Shown piece after piece: positions 20,228-29,349 of a DNA stretch of 64,000 nt (its first letter is position 1; each line of letters starts with the position of its first letter). The DNA comes from an uncultured Burkholderiales bacterium. GTDB lineage: Bacteria > Actinomycetota > Acidimicrobiia > IMCC26256 > JAGPDB01. The stretch is taken from positions 57,681 through 121,680 of the forward strand of contig CAZFAO010000002.1 in NCBI GenBank assembly GCA_964516875.1, written 5' to 3'. The notes beneath the pieces are model-generated. The model saw nothing but the letters and a program-made list of their open reading frames with translations. It had not been told where the DNA came from and searched no databases. Both the position numbers and the translations under genes were made by a program.

Positions 20228-20995
20228 ATGAGAAAGCCAATTATTGTCGGTAACTGGAAAATGAATTTGACGCACCTTGAAGCAATCGCTTTAGTGCAAA
20301 AACTTTCTTACCGTTTAGACGATGCCATATTTGATGACTGCGAAGTTGTTGTTTGTCCTCCCTTTACTTCGTTGCGTTCTGTGCAGACAACAATTGATTC
20401 CGACAAAATGGAAATTGCTCTCGGTGCGCAAAATGTCAATGAGAATGAGAAGGGCGCCTATACCGGTGAAGTTTCAGCAGCGATGCTTTCCAAACTGACT
20501 GTTCGCTATGTTCTTGTTGGTCATTCAGAACGACGAACGCACTGCACAGAAACGAACGAACAAACAGCGGCGAAAGTCAAAATCGTCCGGAAATTCGAAA
20601 TGACACCCATCTTGTGCGTGGGTGAGACACGTGAAGAGCGCGACGCGGGTGAATCTCAAGCAATCGTCGAGGCACAAGTTCGTGAAGGTTTAGCGTCCAT
20701 TGCAAAAAGTGATGTAGAAAACTGCGTCATTGCGTACGAACCGGTCTGGGCAATTGGAGCCGGTGAGCCTGCAACAGTTGAGCAAGCAAATGACATGATC
20801 TTTCATATTCGAGGAATTCTCGATTCGATACACAAAGGTGCGAGCGAATCGACCCGAGTGATCTACGGCGCCAGTGTCGATCCTGGAAACGCCAAAACTT
20901 TCCTCTCTCAAGATGGAATCGATGGACTCCTCGTCGGCGGTGCGAGTCTGGAAGCAGACGGATTCTCGCGACTCGTTATCTCAGCAGTGAAGTAA
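20228..20995 (+). CDS. tpiA: Triosephosphate isomerase
   Basis: GNWKMN, GHSERR, AYEPVWAIG, DGLLVGGASL. Confidence 0.99.
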   Translation: MRKPIIVGNWKMNLTHLEAIALVQKLSYRLDDAIFDDCEVVVCPPFTSLRSVQTTIDSDKMEIALGAQNVNENEKGAYTGEVSAAMLSKLTVRYVLVGHSERRTHCTETNEQTAAKVKIVRKFEMTPILCVGETREERDAGESQAIVEAQVREGLASIAKSDVENCVIAYEPVWAIGAGEPATVEQANDMIFHIRGILDSIHKGASESTRVIYGASVDPGNAKTFLSQDGIDGLLVGGASLEADGFSRLVISAVK

Positions 20996-21011
20996 ACTCC
21001 TGTATAACCAT

Positions 21012-21134
21012 GTCATTCAGAGCGGATCCATCGCGTCATTCAGAGCGAAGCGAAGAATCTCTGCCGATACACTCTACGTACATTGAGATCCTTCGGCGTT
21101 GCCTCAGGATGACGGCCTTGTCCTCCAGGATGAC
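21012..21134. repeat. REP/MITE-like palindromic element (family A: GTCATYC...GAAGRATCTC / GAGATYCTTCG...GATGAC)
   Basis: gtcattcagagcgaagcgaagaatctc (21035-21061) and gagatccttcggcgttgcctcaggatgac (21085-21113), with extra outer arm copies at 21012 and 21121-21134. Confidence 0.85.
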
Positions 21135-21168
21135 CAGATTCCCACTCTGTTGCGGCTAAGATTTCCTC

Positions 21169-21405
21169 GTGTTTATTATCGCATTGATCGTGTTACAAGT
21201 TATTTCAGCAATATGTTTGCTCGTCTTTGTCCTTCTCCACGCTGGTCGCGGGGGTGGATTATCTGATTTGTTTGGTGGAGGATCCATGGGTGGATCGATG
21301 GCGGGTTCCACTGTTGTGGAGAAAAACCTTGACCGTTTGACCGTTGTAGCAGCCATTGTCTTTGTTTTTTGCTGCATTATCTTAGGGATTCACTTTTCCG
21401 GCTGA
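21169..21405 (+). CDS. secG: Preprotein translocase subunit SecG
   Basis: VLLHAGRGGGLSDLFGGG...STVVEKNLDRLT; follows tpiA. Confidence 0.96.
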   Translation: MFIIALIVLQVISAICLLVFVLLHAGRGGGLSDLFGGGSMGGSMAGSTVVEKNLDRLTVVAAIVFVFCCIILGIHFSG

Positions 21406-21486
21406 AATTTCAGTTAGAGTACAAACCACGCGTGACCGCTGGTTTTCTTCGGTTGCGCTTCCGACGATAAACAAGGGGGTCTTTTC

Positions 21487-23157
21487 GTGAAGTTTACGAA
21501 TAGAACACGTTTAGTTTCAATTGCTCTCATCCTTATTCTTGCTTTGGCCGCATCTGCCTGTTCGAGTAATGAAGAAGCATCTGGTGGTTCAGTAACAATT
21601 GGCGCAGAACAAGAACCAGATTGCTTGAACTTTATTGGTTCGTGCTCGGGTTCATCTTGGGGATTCTGGATGGTCGCGGTCAACACACTTCCTCGTGCGT
21701 ATTCAGCAGAGCGTGTGGGTGATGAAGACAAGTGGGAATACAAAGCAACAAGCTTGTTAGCTAAAGAAGCTGAACTCGAAACTGATCCTGTTCAAACGAT
21801 CAAGTACACCATCAGTGATGATGCTGTTTGGTCGGATGGCGAACCAATCGTTGGTCAAGACTTCGTGTTCACATGGGACCAAATTGCAAATGGATCTGAC
21901 GTATACGATTCGACTGGTTATGTTGACATCGATTCCGTCAAAGTCGATCCTGACAACGAAAAAGTTGTTACGGTCACAATGAAAAAGAATTATGCTGCAT
22001 GGAAATCATTTTTCGGCGGTAACTACGGTGTTCTCCCTGAGCACTTGCTGAAGGGAAAAGATCTCAACGACGCAATGGGTAGTGGGTATACCTTCTCGGG
22101 TGGACCGTTTAAGTTGACAGAAAATGGTTGGGAAAAAGGTAAATCAATAACTCTGATTCCTAACGATAAGTACTGGGGCGATAAGCCGAAACTGGATAAA
22201 GTCGTATTCCGTTTCCAAGCAGATACAACTGCTGAATTCACAGCATATAAAGCAGGCGAAGTTCTTGCGATCTATCCTCAACCTCAAATGGACGTGATTG
22301 ATGCACTGAACGGTGAATCGCTAGAAGGCGAACAGATTGTTAATGCTGTAACGGGAAACACGGAAGCGCTCTGGATAAACAATGACGCTGCGCCTTTTGA
22401 TGAAGAAGGTGTGCGTCAAGCACTGGGCTACACAATTGATCGAAATGAAGTTGTCAATTCATTGTTCGGCGAAATCGGAGTCAAGAAAGCTGTTAATAGC
22501 TTTGTGCCGCCGGTTGTCTCATCATATTCAGACCCTAAGGCGTTTGCGGATTACAAACCTAATTCAACAAAAGCGGATGCTCTCTTAACTGATGCAGGAT
22601 ATGCAAAGAGCTCTAACGGTAAATGGGCAAAGAACGGTAAGCTGCTTTCGTTTGAAATCCATACAACTGAAGGAAACGAACGACGTAAGTTGACATTGGA
22701 AAATATCCAAAAGCAACTCAACGATGAGGGCTGGACCGTGGATCTCAAGTTCGTCCCTGCCGGCGACTTGTTCGGAGACCTCGGCCCAACTGGTCAGTTC
22801 CAGGTTGCGTTGTATGCTCAAGTTCTCACAACGCTTGATCCATCGAACTGTAATCTCTTCTGTTCAGTCAATATACCAACAGATGAAAACGAAAACACAG
22901 GAAATAACTGGACGCATACAAACGTGAAGGGAGCAGATGAACTTCTCGGAAAAGTTGATTCTTCGTTGAGTGAATCTTCCCGAGCCAAAGCAAGCAAGGC
23001 CGCCGAAAAGCTTCTTGCAGGTGCTGCGACATCATTCCCTCTCGACCCACTTCCCAATATCTTCCTCTGGAGCGACAAGCTTTCAGGAGATATTGACGAG
23101 AACCCTATTCAAGGACCTTTCTGGACTTTGAATAAGTGGAGCTTGGATGAGGAATAA
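21487..23157 (+). CDS. oppA: Peptide/nickel ABC transporter substrate-binding lipoprotein (family 5)
   Basis: Lipobox LAASAC, WSDGEPIVGQDFVFTW, GPFKL, VRQALGYTIDR. Confidence 0.92.
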   Translation: MKFTNRTRLVSIALILILALAASACSSNEEASGGSVTIGAEQEPDCLNFIGSCSGSSWGFWMVAVNTLPRAYSAERVGDEDKWEYKATSLLAKEAELETDPVQTIKYTISDDAVWSDGEPIVGQDFVFTWDQIANGSDVYDSTGYVDIDSVKVDPDNEKVVTVTMKKNYAAWKSFFGGNYGVLPEHLLKGKDLNDAMGSGYTFSGGPFKLTENGWEKGKSITLIPNDKYWGDKPKLDKVVFRFQADTTAEFTAYKAGEVLAIYPQPQMDVIDALNGESLEGEQIVNAVTGNTEALWINNDAAPFDEEGVRQALGYTIDRNEVVNSLFGEIGVKKAVNSFVPPVVSSYSDPKAFADYKPNSTKADALLTDAGYAKSSNGKWAKNGKLLSFEIHTTEGNERRKLTLENIQKQLNDEGWTVDLKFVPAGDLFGDLGPTGQFQVALYAQVLTTLDPSNCNLFCSVNIPTDENENTGNNWTHTNVKGADELLGKVDSSLSESSRAKASKAAEKLLAGAATSFPLDPLPNIFLWSDKLSGDIDENPIQGPFWTLNKWSLDEE

Positions 23158-23172
23158 ATAGCAAATGATTGC

Positions 23173-23205
23173 AGTGGGGATCCTTATAGGGTCCCCACTT
23201 TTTTT
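23173..23205 (+). terminator. Rho-independent terminator/attenuator after the binding-protein gene
   Basis: AGTGGGGATCC-TTATA-GGGTCCCCACT hairpin followed by a T run. Confidence 0.85.
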
Positions 23206-23232
23206 ATGGATAAGTCCTAGTCTGATTGCACC

Positions 23233-24234
23233 ATGGGTGTTTTTCTTTACGTACTGAGACGCTTAGGTATAAGCATTTTGCTTTTAATACTGGCTTCATT
23301 TCTGGTTTATGCAGGGGTAAGAGCGACTGTTGATCCAACCGCTGGTTTTGCAAATGCAAAAGATAAGGAATTGCGCATTCGTGAACGTGAACGACTCGGG
23401 TTAGACCGACCACTCATTACTCAATATAAAGAATGGGCTACAGGCGTTATGAGCGGTGACCTGGGAAAGGGAGATCGCGATCAAGAGTTAGTATCAGCAA
23501 AACTTAAACGTGGATTTACGAACACGATCGATTTAATCGTGTGGGGTTCTCTCCTCGCTGGCTGTTTAGGAATATCGTTTGGCCTGATCGCTGCAATTAG
23601 GCGCAACAAGCCTGCCGATTACACGCTTTCAGCTTTTTCTTACTTCGGTATCGCAATACCGACATTTGCATTTGCATATGTTTTGTTGAATCTTTTTTCT
23701 CTATGGCTTCCACATTTTTTTGGACAAAAAACTCCATGGTTATCAACAATAGGAACAACCGATGGGAGCTTTGGTCAAAGCGCAACAGGCGGATGGTCAT
23801 GGTCAAGCATTGTCGACTATTTTCGACATATGGCGATGCCCGTCATGGTGTTGTCTATCCAACTGATTGCTAGTTGGAGTCGTTATCAACGTGCATCGAT
23901 GATTGAAGCATTGCAAAGTGATTACATTCGGACCGCACATGCAAAAGGAATGTCCAAGAGACGCGTGTACTTTCGACACGGCTTGCGCAATGCCGAGGTT
24001 CCGATGGTGACAGTGATCGCATTAGATATTGGGTTGCTCTTTTCTGGTCTCATTATCACCGAGTACGTTTTTTCTATTCCTGGAATGGGTTCTATATTTT
24101 TGAAAGCACTCGACAATGGTGATGCAACAACAATTGCGGGCTGGACCATTTTGACGGCATTCTTTGTTATCATTGCAAACTTCATTGCGGACCTTTTATT
24201 GCCCGTTATCGATCCAAGGATTAGAACACAATGA
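23233..24234 (+). CDS. oppB: Peptide ABC transporter permease
   Basis: LGLDRPLITQY, EALQSDYIRTAHAKG (EAA loop), ITEYVFSIPGMG. Confidence 0.95.
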   Translation: MGVFLYVLRRLGISILLLILASFLVYAGVRATVDPTAGFANAKDKELRIRERERLGLDRPLITQYKEWATGVMSGDLGKGDRDQELVSAKLKRGFTNTIDLIVWGSLLAGCLGISFGLIAAIRRNKPADYTLSAFSYFGIAIPTFAFAYVLLNLFSLWLPHFFGQKTPWLSTIGTTDGSFGQSATGGWSWSSIVDYFRHMAMPVMVLSIQLIASWSRYQRASMIEALQSDYIRTAHAKGMSKRRVYFRHGLRNAEVPMVTVIALDIGLLFSGLIITEYVFSIPGMGSIFLKALDNGDATTIAGWTILTAFFVIIANFIADLLLPVIDPRIRTQ

Positions 24235-25139
24235 GTGATGTAGATAACGTCGACCAATTGCGCGTGGGAATATCCAAAGGGGAAGTCATTGCTGCCCCCG
24301 TACGGCATCGAGCATTGAAAAGATTTTGTGCGAATAAAGCAGCACTGGTTTCGTTGATATTTATTGTTCTCTTCTTGATTGTTTGTTATTTCCCTCGCAT
24401 CATTACCGATTTTCCTCAAAACGATATTGTTACATCCCGCAAAAGGCTTCCACCGAGTACAACGCATTGGTTGGGAACTGATTTGCAAGGGAGAGACATG
24501 TTGACAGAGCTGTTATATGCAAGTCAGATTTCTTTGCGCATTGCGATTGCTGTTGGAATCGTATCCACTTTTATTGGTGCTGTTATAGGCGCTGCGGCTG
24601 GGTATTTCAGTAAGTTTTTTGATTCAATCCTCATGCGAGCAACGGATTTATTTTTAGTAGTACCACAAATCGTTATTCTTGCGATTGCGCTTAAAAAGTT
24701 TGGTGATAACTATATATCGATGGTGACGATCATTGCGCTTATCTCCTGGATGTACACCGCGCGTCTTGTGCGTTCGCAAGTGCTGTCGTTGAAATCGCGA
24801 GAATACATTGAAGCTGCACGATTGAGTGGTCGGGGGAGTCTCTATATTATTTTTCGGCATCTCATCCCGAATTCATGGAGTGTTATTGCCGTGAGTTCGG
24901 CCTTCACAATTGCGGGTGCAATCCTTCTGGAATCAACAGTGTCGTTCTTAGGATTCGGTGTACAGCCACCATTGACATCACTCGGAAATATTCTCTTCGC
25001 TCTCAAAGGACTCGCTGTTGGTCGGTATTGGTACCTGTTCTTTGCTCCAGCAACAGTTATCTTTCTTGTTGTGCTGTCATTTAACTTCATCAGTGATGGT
25101 TTGAGAGACGCTTTCGATCCCAGATCGGAGCAATCATGA
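24231..25139 (+). CDS. oppC: Peptide ABC transporter permease
   Basis: HWLGTDLQGRD, REYIEAARLSG, ESTVSFLGFG, DGLRDAFDP. Confidence 0.95.
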   Translation: MSDVDNVDQLRVGISKGEVIAAPVRHRALKRFCANKAALVSLIFIVLFLIVCYFPRIITDFPQNDIVTSRKRLPPSTTHWLGTDLQGRDMLTELLYASQISLRIAIAVGIVSTFIGAVIGAAAGYFSKFFDSILMRATDLFLVVPQIVILAIALKKFGDNYISMVTIIALISWMYTARLVRSQVLSLKSREYIEAARLSGRGSLYIIFRHLIPNSWSVIAVSSAFTIAGAILLESTVSFLGFGVQPPLTSLGNILFALKGLAVGRYWYLFFAPATVIFLVVLSFNFISDGLRDAFDPRSEQS

Positions 25140-26140
25140 GTGACGAACTAATTCTTGAAGTGCATAACCTCTCCGTTACATACGGAAAAAAAGATAATAA
25201 AACATATGCGGTTCAAGATGTATCGCTGTCGCTCGCCAAGGGTGAAACAATAGGAATTGTCGGCGAATCGGGATGCGGAAAAACAACTGTCGCTTTAGCA
25301 CTCATGGGATTGCTCGATGCGCGTACAACAGTCACGGGCACAATGACACTTTTAGGGAAAGAATATGATCTTTCGAAAATGTCGTATAAAGACTGGCGAG
25401 CAATCCGTGGCGACCACACCGCCATGGTATTTCAAGATTCACTGGCATCGTTGAATCCGCTCAAACGCATTGGTGAGCAAATTGCTGAGGCAATGTACGT
25501 CAAAGACAAATACGATAAGAAGCAGTCTCGTATTCGGGCTCTTGAACTTCTTGAAATGGTGGAAATCCCCGATCCGGCTCGGCGTGCGCGACAGTATCCC
25601 CATGAGTGCTCGGGTGGCATGCGTCAGCGGGCCATGATTGCCATGGCGCTGGCCAATAGTCCTGATCTATTGATTTGTGACGAACCAACAACGGCACTCG
25701 ACGTAACGGTGCAAGCTCAAATTTTAGAGATGATTAAACGGTTGCAACTCGAAATGGGAATGGCCGTCATCCTCGTCACGCACGACCTTGGTGTGGTGAG
25801 CGCAGTCACCGACAAAGTGAACGTGATGTATGCGAGCAAGATCGTCGAAATGGGAAATACTCTTGATCTGATGAATGCACCGTCTCATCCGTATGCAGAT
25901 GCTTTGCTTCTTGCTATGCCCGATATCACAGCAGAACGTGGGAATTTACATGCCATCCCTGGAGTGCCGCCGACGCTCAACAAACAATTTGAAGAATGTC
26001 CATACGGCCCACGCTGTTCTCGTCATGATGAAGCATGTGATATTGAAATGCCGCCGTTGGTTACTGTGCAATCACGTGATGGTATCCGTAAATGTGCATG
26101 TGTGCATCCACTCAGTGTCTTAGAAAAAGTGGGTGACTGA
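25136..26140 (+). CDS. oppD: Peptide ABC transporter ATP-binding protein
   Basis: GESGCGKT, YPHECSGGMRQR, DEPTTALD, C-terminal oligopeptide CPYGPRC. Confidence 0.96.
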   Translation: MSDELILEVHNLSVTYGKKDNKTYAVQDVSLSLAKGETIGIVGESGCGKTTVALALMGLLDARTTVTGTMTLLGKEYDLSKMSYKDWRAIRGDHTAMVFQDSLASLNPLKRIGEQIAEAMYVKDKYDKKQSRIRALELLEMVEIPDPARRARQYPHECSGGMRQRAMIAMALANSPDLLICDEPTTALDVTVQAQILEMIKRLQLEMGMAVILVTHDLGVVSAVTDKVNVMYASKIVEMGNTLDLMNAPSHPYADALLLAMPDITAERGNLHAIPGVPPTLNKQFEECPYGPRCSRHDEACDIEMPPLVTVQSRDGIRKCACVHPLSVLEKVGD

Positions 26141-27288
26141 TGGCACAAGTAACAATCGAGGGAGTTTCTCAGGATGCGACAGATACGCTTTTGCGCATCG
26201 ACGATCTCCATAAAACATTTACAACACGATCTCGCGGACGAAAAATTTCAACATTTGCCGTTCGAGGAGTAAGTCTGAGTATTCACCGTGGTGAATCGGT
26301 GGGAGTTGTGGGGGAGTCTGGTTGTGGAAAAACAACGCTTGCTCGGATGATAGCTGGCCTCGACACTGCTTCTCGCGGAATTATGAGCTTTGGTGGTAAG
26401 CCAATGAAATTCAATAAAGCTTTGCGTCAAAAAATATCGATGGTATTTCAAGATCCTTATGCAAGTTTGAACCCTCGGATGACAACAGCGTCATGTATTC
26501 GAGAACCAATGCATCTCCTCTCTGACGAACAACTGCACAAAAAAATTAAAGAACTCACGCGAGATAAGAAAGACAACGAATTCGAAGCGATACCACGCAC
26601 GCGACTGAAAAAGTTCTTATTACGGTTTGAATCACAGCGAAAAAAATCCGAACGTCGTTATGTTTCGGCCCTTATTGAACTAGTGCAACTTCGTCCCGAG
26701 TGGGCGCTTCGTTATCCGCATGAATTTTCCGGAGGTCAACGTCAGCGAATTGGTATTGCACGTTCACTTGCGACTTCGCCTGATCTACTCGTGTTGGATG
26801 AACCCGTCAGCGCACTTGATGTCAGCGTGCAAGCTGGAATTATTACATTGCTCCGTCGGCTCAAAGCGGAGAACGATCTTGCGATGTTATTTATCAGTCA
26901 TGACTTACGTATTGTTCGGCATCTCTGTGATCGTGTTGTCGTGATGTATCTAGGGCAGATCATGGAAGATGCGCCTAGCGACCTTCTGTTTTCTCATCCT
27001 CGCCATCCCTATACACGAGCATTGTTGGGTTCGATCCCGACCACGCCAGCACGGGGAGAACGCGAAGAAGGGGAGAAATCGGTCAATGCAGAAATTAGCA
27101 ATGATTCGCTTGAAAGTGAGATCCTTCCCATCACTGTTCTGCGCGGAGAACTGCCCAGTCCGACGAATCCTCCGCAGGGATGCCCATTTCGCACACGATG
27201 CGAACGAGCAACAGAGGCATGCACTGTTCAGCCCCCGTTGGCCACAATGACAGATGGCCGCCTGGTGGCTTGTCATTTCCCGTATTGA
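26140..27288 (+). CDS. oppF: Peptide ABC transporter ATP-binding protein
   Basis: GESGCGKT, YPHEFSGGQRQRIGIAR, DEPVSALD, GCPFRTRC...VACHF. Confidence 0.96.
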   Translation: MAQVTIEGVSQDATDTLLRIDDLHKTFTTRSRGRKISTFAVRGVSLSIHRGESVGVVGESGCGKTTLARMIAGLDTASRGIMSFGGKPMKFNKALRQKISMVFQDPYASLNPRMTTASCIREPMHLLSDEQLHKKIKELTRDKKDNEFEAIPRTRLKKFLLRFESQRKKSERRYVSALIELVQLRPEWALRYPHEFSGGQRQRIGIARSLATSPDLLVLDEPVSALDVSVQAGIITLLRRLKAENDLAMLFISHDLRIVRHLCDRVVVMYLGQIMEDAPSDLLFSHPRHPYTRALLGSIPTTPARGEREEGEKSVNAEISNDSLESEILPITVLRGELPSPTNPPQGCPFRTRCERATEACTVQPPLATMTDGRLVACHFPY

Positions 27289-27324
27289 CGCTTCACCTTA
27301 GGTATCAGACGACGATAAATACCT

Positions 27325-28863
27325 GTGATGCAATTACGGTCTACTCTCCGTGCCCACTGGGCTCTGGCTTTGTGTATTCTCGTCGCGTCCTTGCTCACTT
27401 TTTCAGGATGTTCTATCTTGCAGGCACAAGCAGAACATGAACGACCGAATAACCTCACAGTGTGGACATCGACAGATTTAACGCATGATCCATTAGGCAG
27501 TAAATCGACAGAACAGCATTTCATTACATCGTTGGAGAACCGCTCTCTTTTTGGTCTGACTAAAAAAGGTGAGATTCAAGAAGAGCTTGCACGCAAATAT
27601 GAAGTATCGGCAGACGGACTCACGATAACAGTGACATTAAATGATGAAACGTTCTCTGACGATTCTCCCATCACATCTCAAGACGTCAAGTCAACATACA
27701 CGCGTGTGATGCAATTGGGAGGTGATTTCGCGAAGCTCTTAGAAAATATCAAGGGCTCGGGCGAAGCTAAAAATGGATCTGATTTTTTTGGTATCGCCGT
27801 TCCTGATTCGAACAGCGTTATTTTTTCCCTCATTGCTCCGGACCCATTTTTTGCCTACCACCTTGCTCATCCCGCGACAGGCATTCTTCCCAGCTCGACA
27901 ATAGGTGCGGCTGGAGCATTTACATTCGGGGCGCACTCTGGTTTATATACAGCAGAATCAATTTCAAATATTATTGATTCCAGCACAATATTTACCCCAC
28001 GAGATGAAGAACTTCCTGTAATCACGATCGTTCGAAAATCAGAAGCAGATATCGCAAAATCGCCTTCAACGACGGATGCGGATATTATTCTCGCGGCTAC
28101 AACGGATTCCGACAGATTCGAACAAATATATATTCCGGAGTTGGCAATCGCCTCGTGGAATCTCTACGTAAAAGACGCGTCATCTCCTTTGGCTGATATT
28201 CGACTTCGTCAAGCAATATTGATTGCAATGGACAACAAAGAATCAATTGCTGCATATTCAATACGTGCTTCAACTCCAAAGAAATTTACAGGAGACACAT
28301 TTGATTCAGTAGCGTGTGCTGCTAGTTGTGAAACTGACAAGGAAGCAGCGAAGAAGCTTGTCGAACAGATTTATCCAACGGGGAATGCGCCAACGCTCAC
28401 GATTGATATTGAGGACAACGCAATCCAGCAAGATCTTGCAGCATCGGCAGCAAAAAAGCTCGAGGAAATCGGCATTCCAACTACCGTGAAATCGCATGAT
28501 GCCATGGAGCTATCCAACGTGATAGCTCGTGGGGAAGTACAGCTATTCCGTTTCGGATGGATATCAGAAGTTGCCGTGGGCGGGGATCCACTTGTGCGTA
28601 GCTTCAAAGCAGACTCAACGGAAAACGTTTCAGGAGTCACCGATGCGACACTCGAAACCGATATTGCTGCTTATCAAAGTGCAACGGGTTTTCAAGACAA
28701 GTTGAAAGATTCCCAAGCGATCCAAGAGCGTATAAAGGATCTCTGGTTAACTCGTCCTGTTGCACATTTCCATAAAATTGTTACTGTCGACAAGTCCATA
28801 GAAAATCTTACTTTTGACTACTACGGGCGAGCTTCCGTGGGCGATATTCGCATTTCCTCGTAG
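27325..28863 (+). CDS. Second, divergent family 5 ABC substrate-binding lipoprotein
   Basis: Lipobox TFSGC, ELARKYEVSADGLT...FSDDSPITSQDV, LRQAILIAMD. Confidence 0.8.
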   Translation: MMQLRSTLRAHWALALCILVASLLTFSGCSILQAQAEHERPNNLTVWTSTDLTHDPLGSKSTEQHFITSLENRSLFGLTKKGEIQEELARKYEVSADGLTITVTLNDETFSDDSPITSQDVKSTYTRVMQLGGDFAKLLENIKGSGEAKNGSDFFGIAVPDSNSVIFSLIAPDPFFAYHLAHPATGILPSSTIGAAGAFTFGAHSGLYTAESISNIIDSSTIFTPRDEELPVITIVRKSEADIAKSPSTTDADIILAATTDSDRFEQIYIPELAIASWNLYVKDASSPLADIRLRQAILIAMDNKESIAAYSIRASTPKKFTGDTFDSVACAASCETDKEAAKKLVEQIYPTGNAPTLTIDIEDNAIQQDLAASAAKKLEEIGIPTTVKSHDAMELSNVIARGEVQLFRFGWISEVAVGGDPLVRSFKADSTENVSGVTDATLETDIAAYQSATGFQDKLKDSQAIQERIKDLWLTRPVAHFHKIVTVDKSIENLTFDYYGRASVGDIRISS

Positions 28864-28935
28864 TTGAACTCGACGCACACAAGCTGCTCTGAGCTAGTAT
28901 TTCTCACCGGATTCATTCGTATGAATTACATCCCA

Positions 28936-29020
28936 GTCGAAGTGGCGGAATTGGCAGACGCGCTAGTTTAAGGGACTAGTGCCTTCGGGCGTGGGGGTTC
29001 AAGTCCCCCCTTCGACACCA
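28936..29020 (+). tRNA. tRNA-Leu, anticodon AAG (type II, encoded CCA)
   Basis: GTCGAAG/CTTCGAC acceptor stem, D-loop GGAATTGGCAGAC, anticodon stem CTAGT/ACTAG with loop TT-AAG-GG, variable arm GCC-TTCG-GGC, T-arm GGGGG-TTCAAGT-CCCCC, ACCA end. Confidence 0.93.
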
Positions 29021-29150
29021 TATTTATTCAAGGGCGTCCTTGAACCCCTGGGACTGAGTTCATTCTGGTCCCCCCTTCGACACCATATTTATTCAAGGGC
29101 GTCCTTGAACCCCTGGGACTGAGTTCATTCTGGTCCCCCCTTCGACACCA
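29003..29150 (+). repeat. Perfect 65-bp tandem repeat beginning with the last 18 nt of tRNA-Leu
   Basis: GTCCCCCCTTCGACACCA at 29003, 29068 and 29133; the two 47-bp intervening segments are identical; degenerate remnant gcgtccttgaac at ~29165-29176. Confidence 0.95.
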
Positions 29151-29349
29151 ACAATTTTCTCTACGCGTCCTTGAACTCTGCTGTCCTCGCAAAAAATTCT
29201 TGCCGTATTCGTGGCAGAAGATGAATATCCAGAGCGATTAACCGCGTATTGCGCATGTCGCGAAGTGGTTATAAATGAAGTCCGCTATCTTTTTCGATAG
29301 GTCTTTCGTACTATGAAATTCGAGTTCAATTTGCGAAACGGAGTTCACA

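Noticed and set aside
28961-28980. Reading the tRNA anticodon as TAA (Leu UUA)
   Set aside because: That register destroys the anticodon stem (GCTAG versus GACTA); only CTAGT/ACTAG pairs, which gives AAG.
29003-29150. CRISPR mini-array (repeat-spacer look)
   Set aside because: The spacers are identical, the repeat is the tRNA 3' end, and no cas genes occur in the window.
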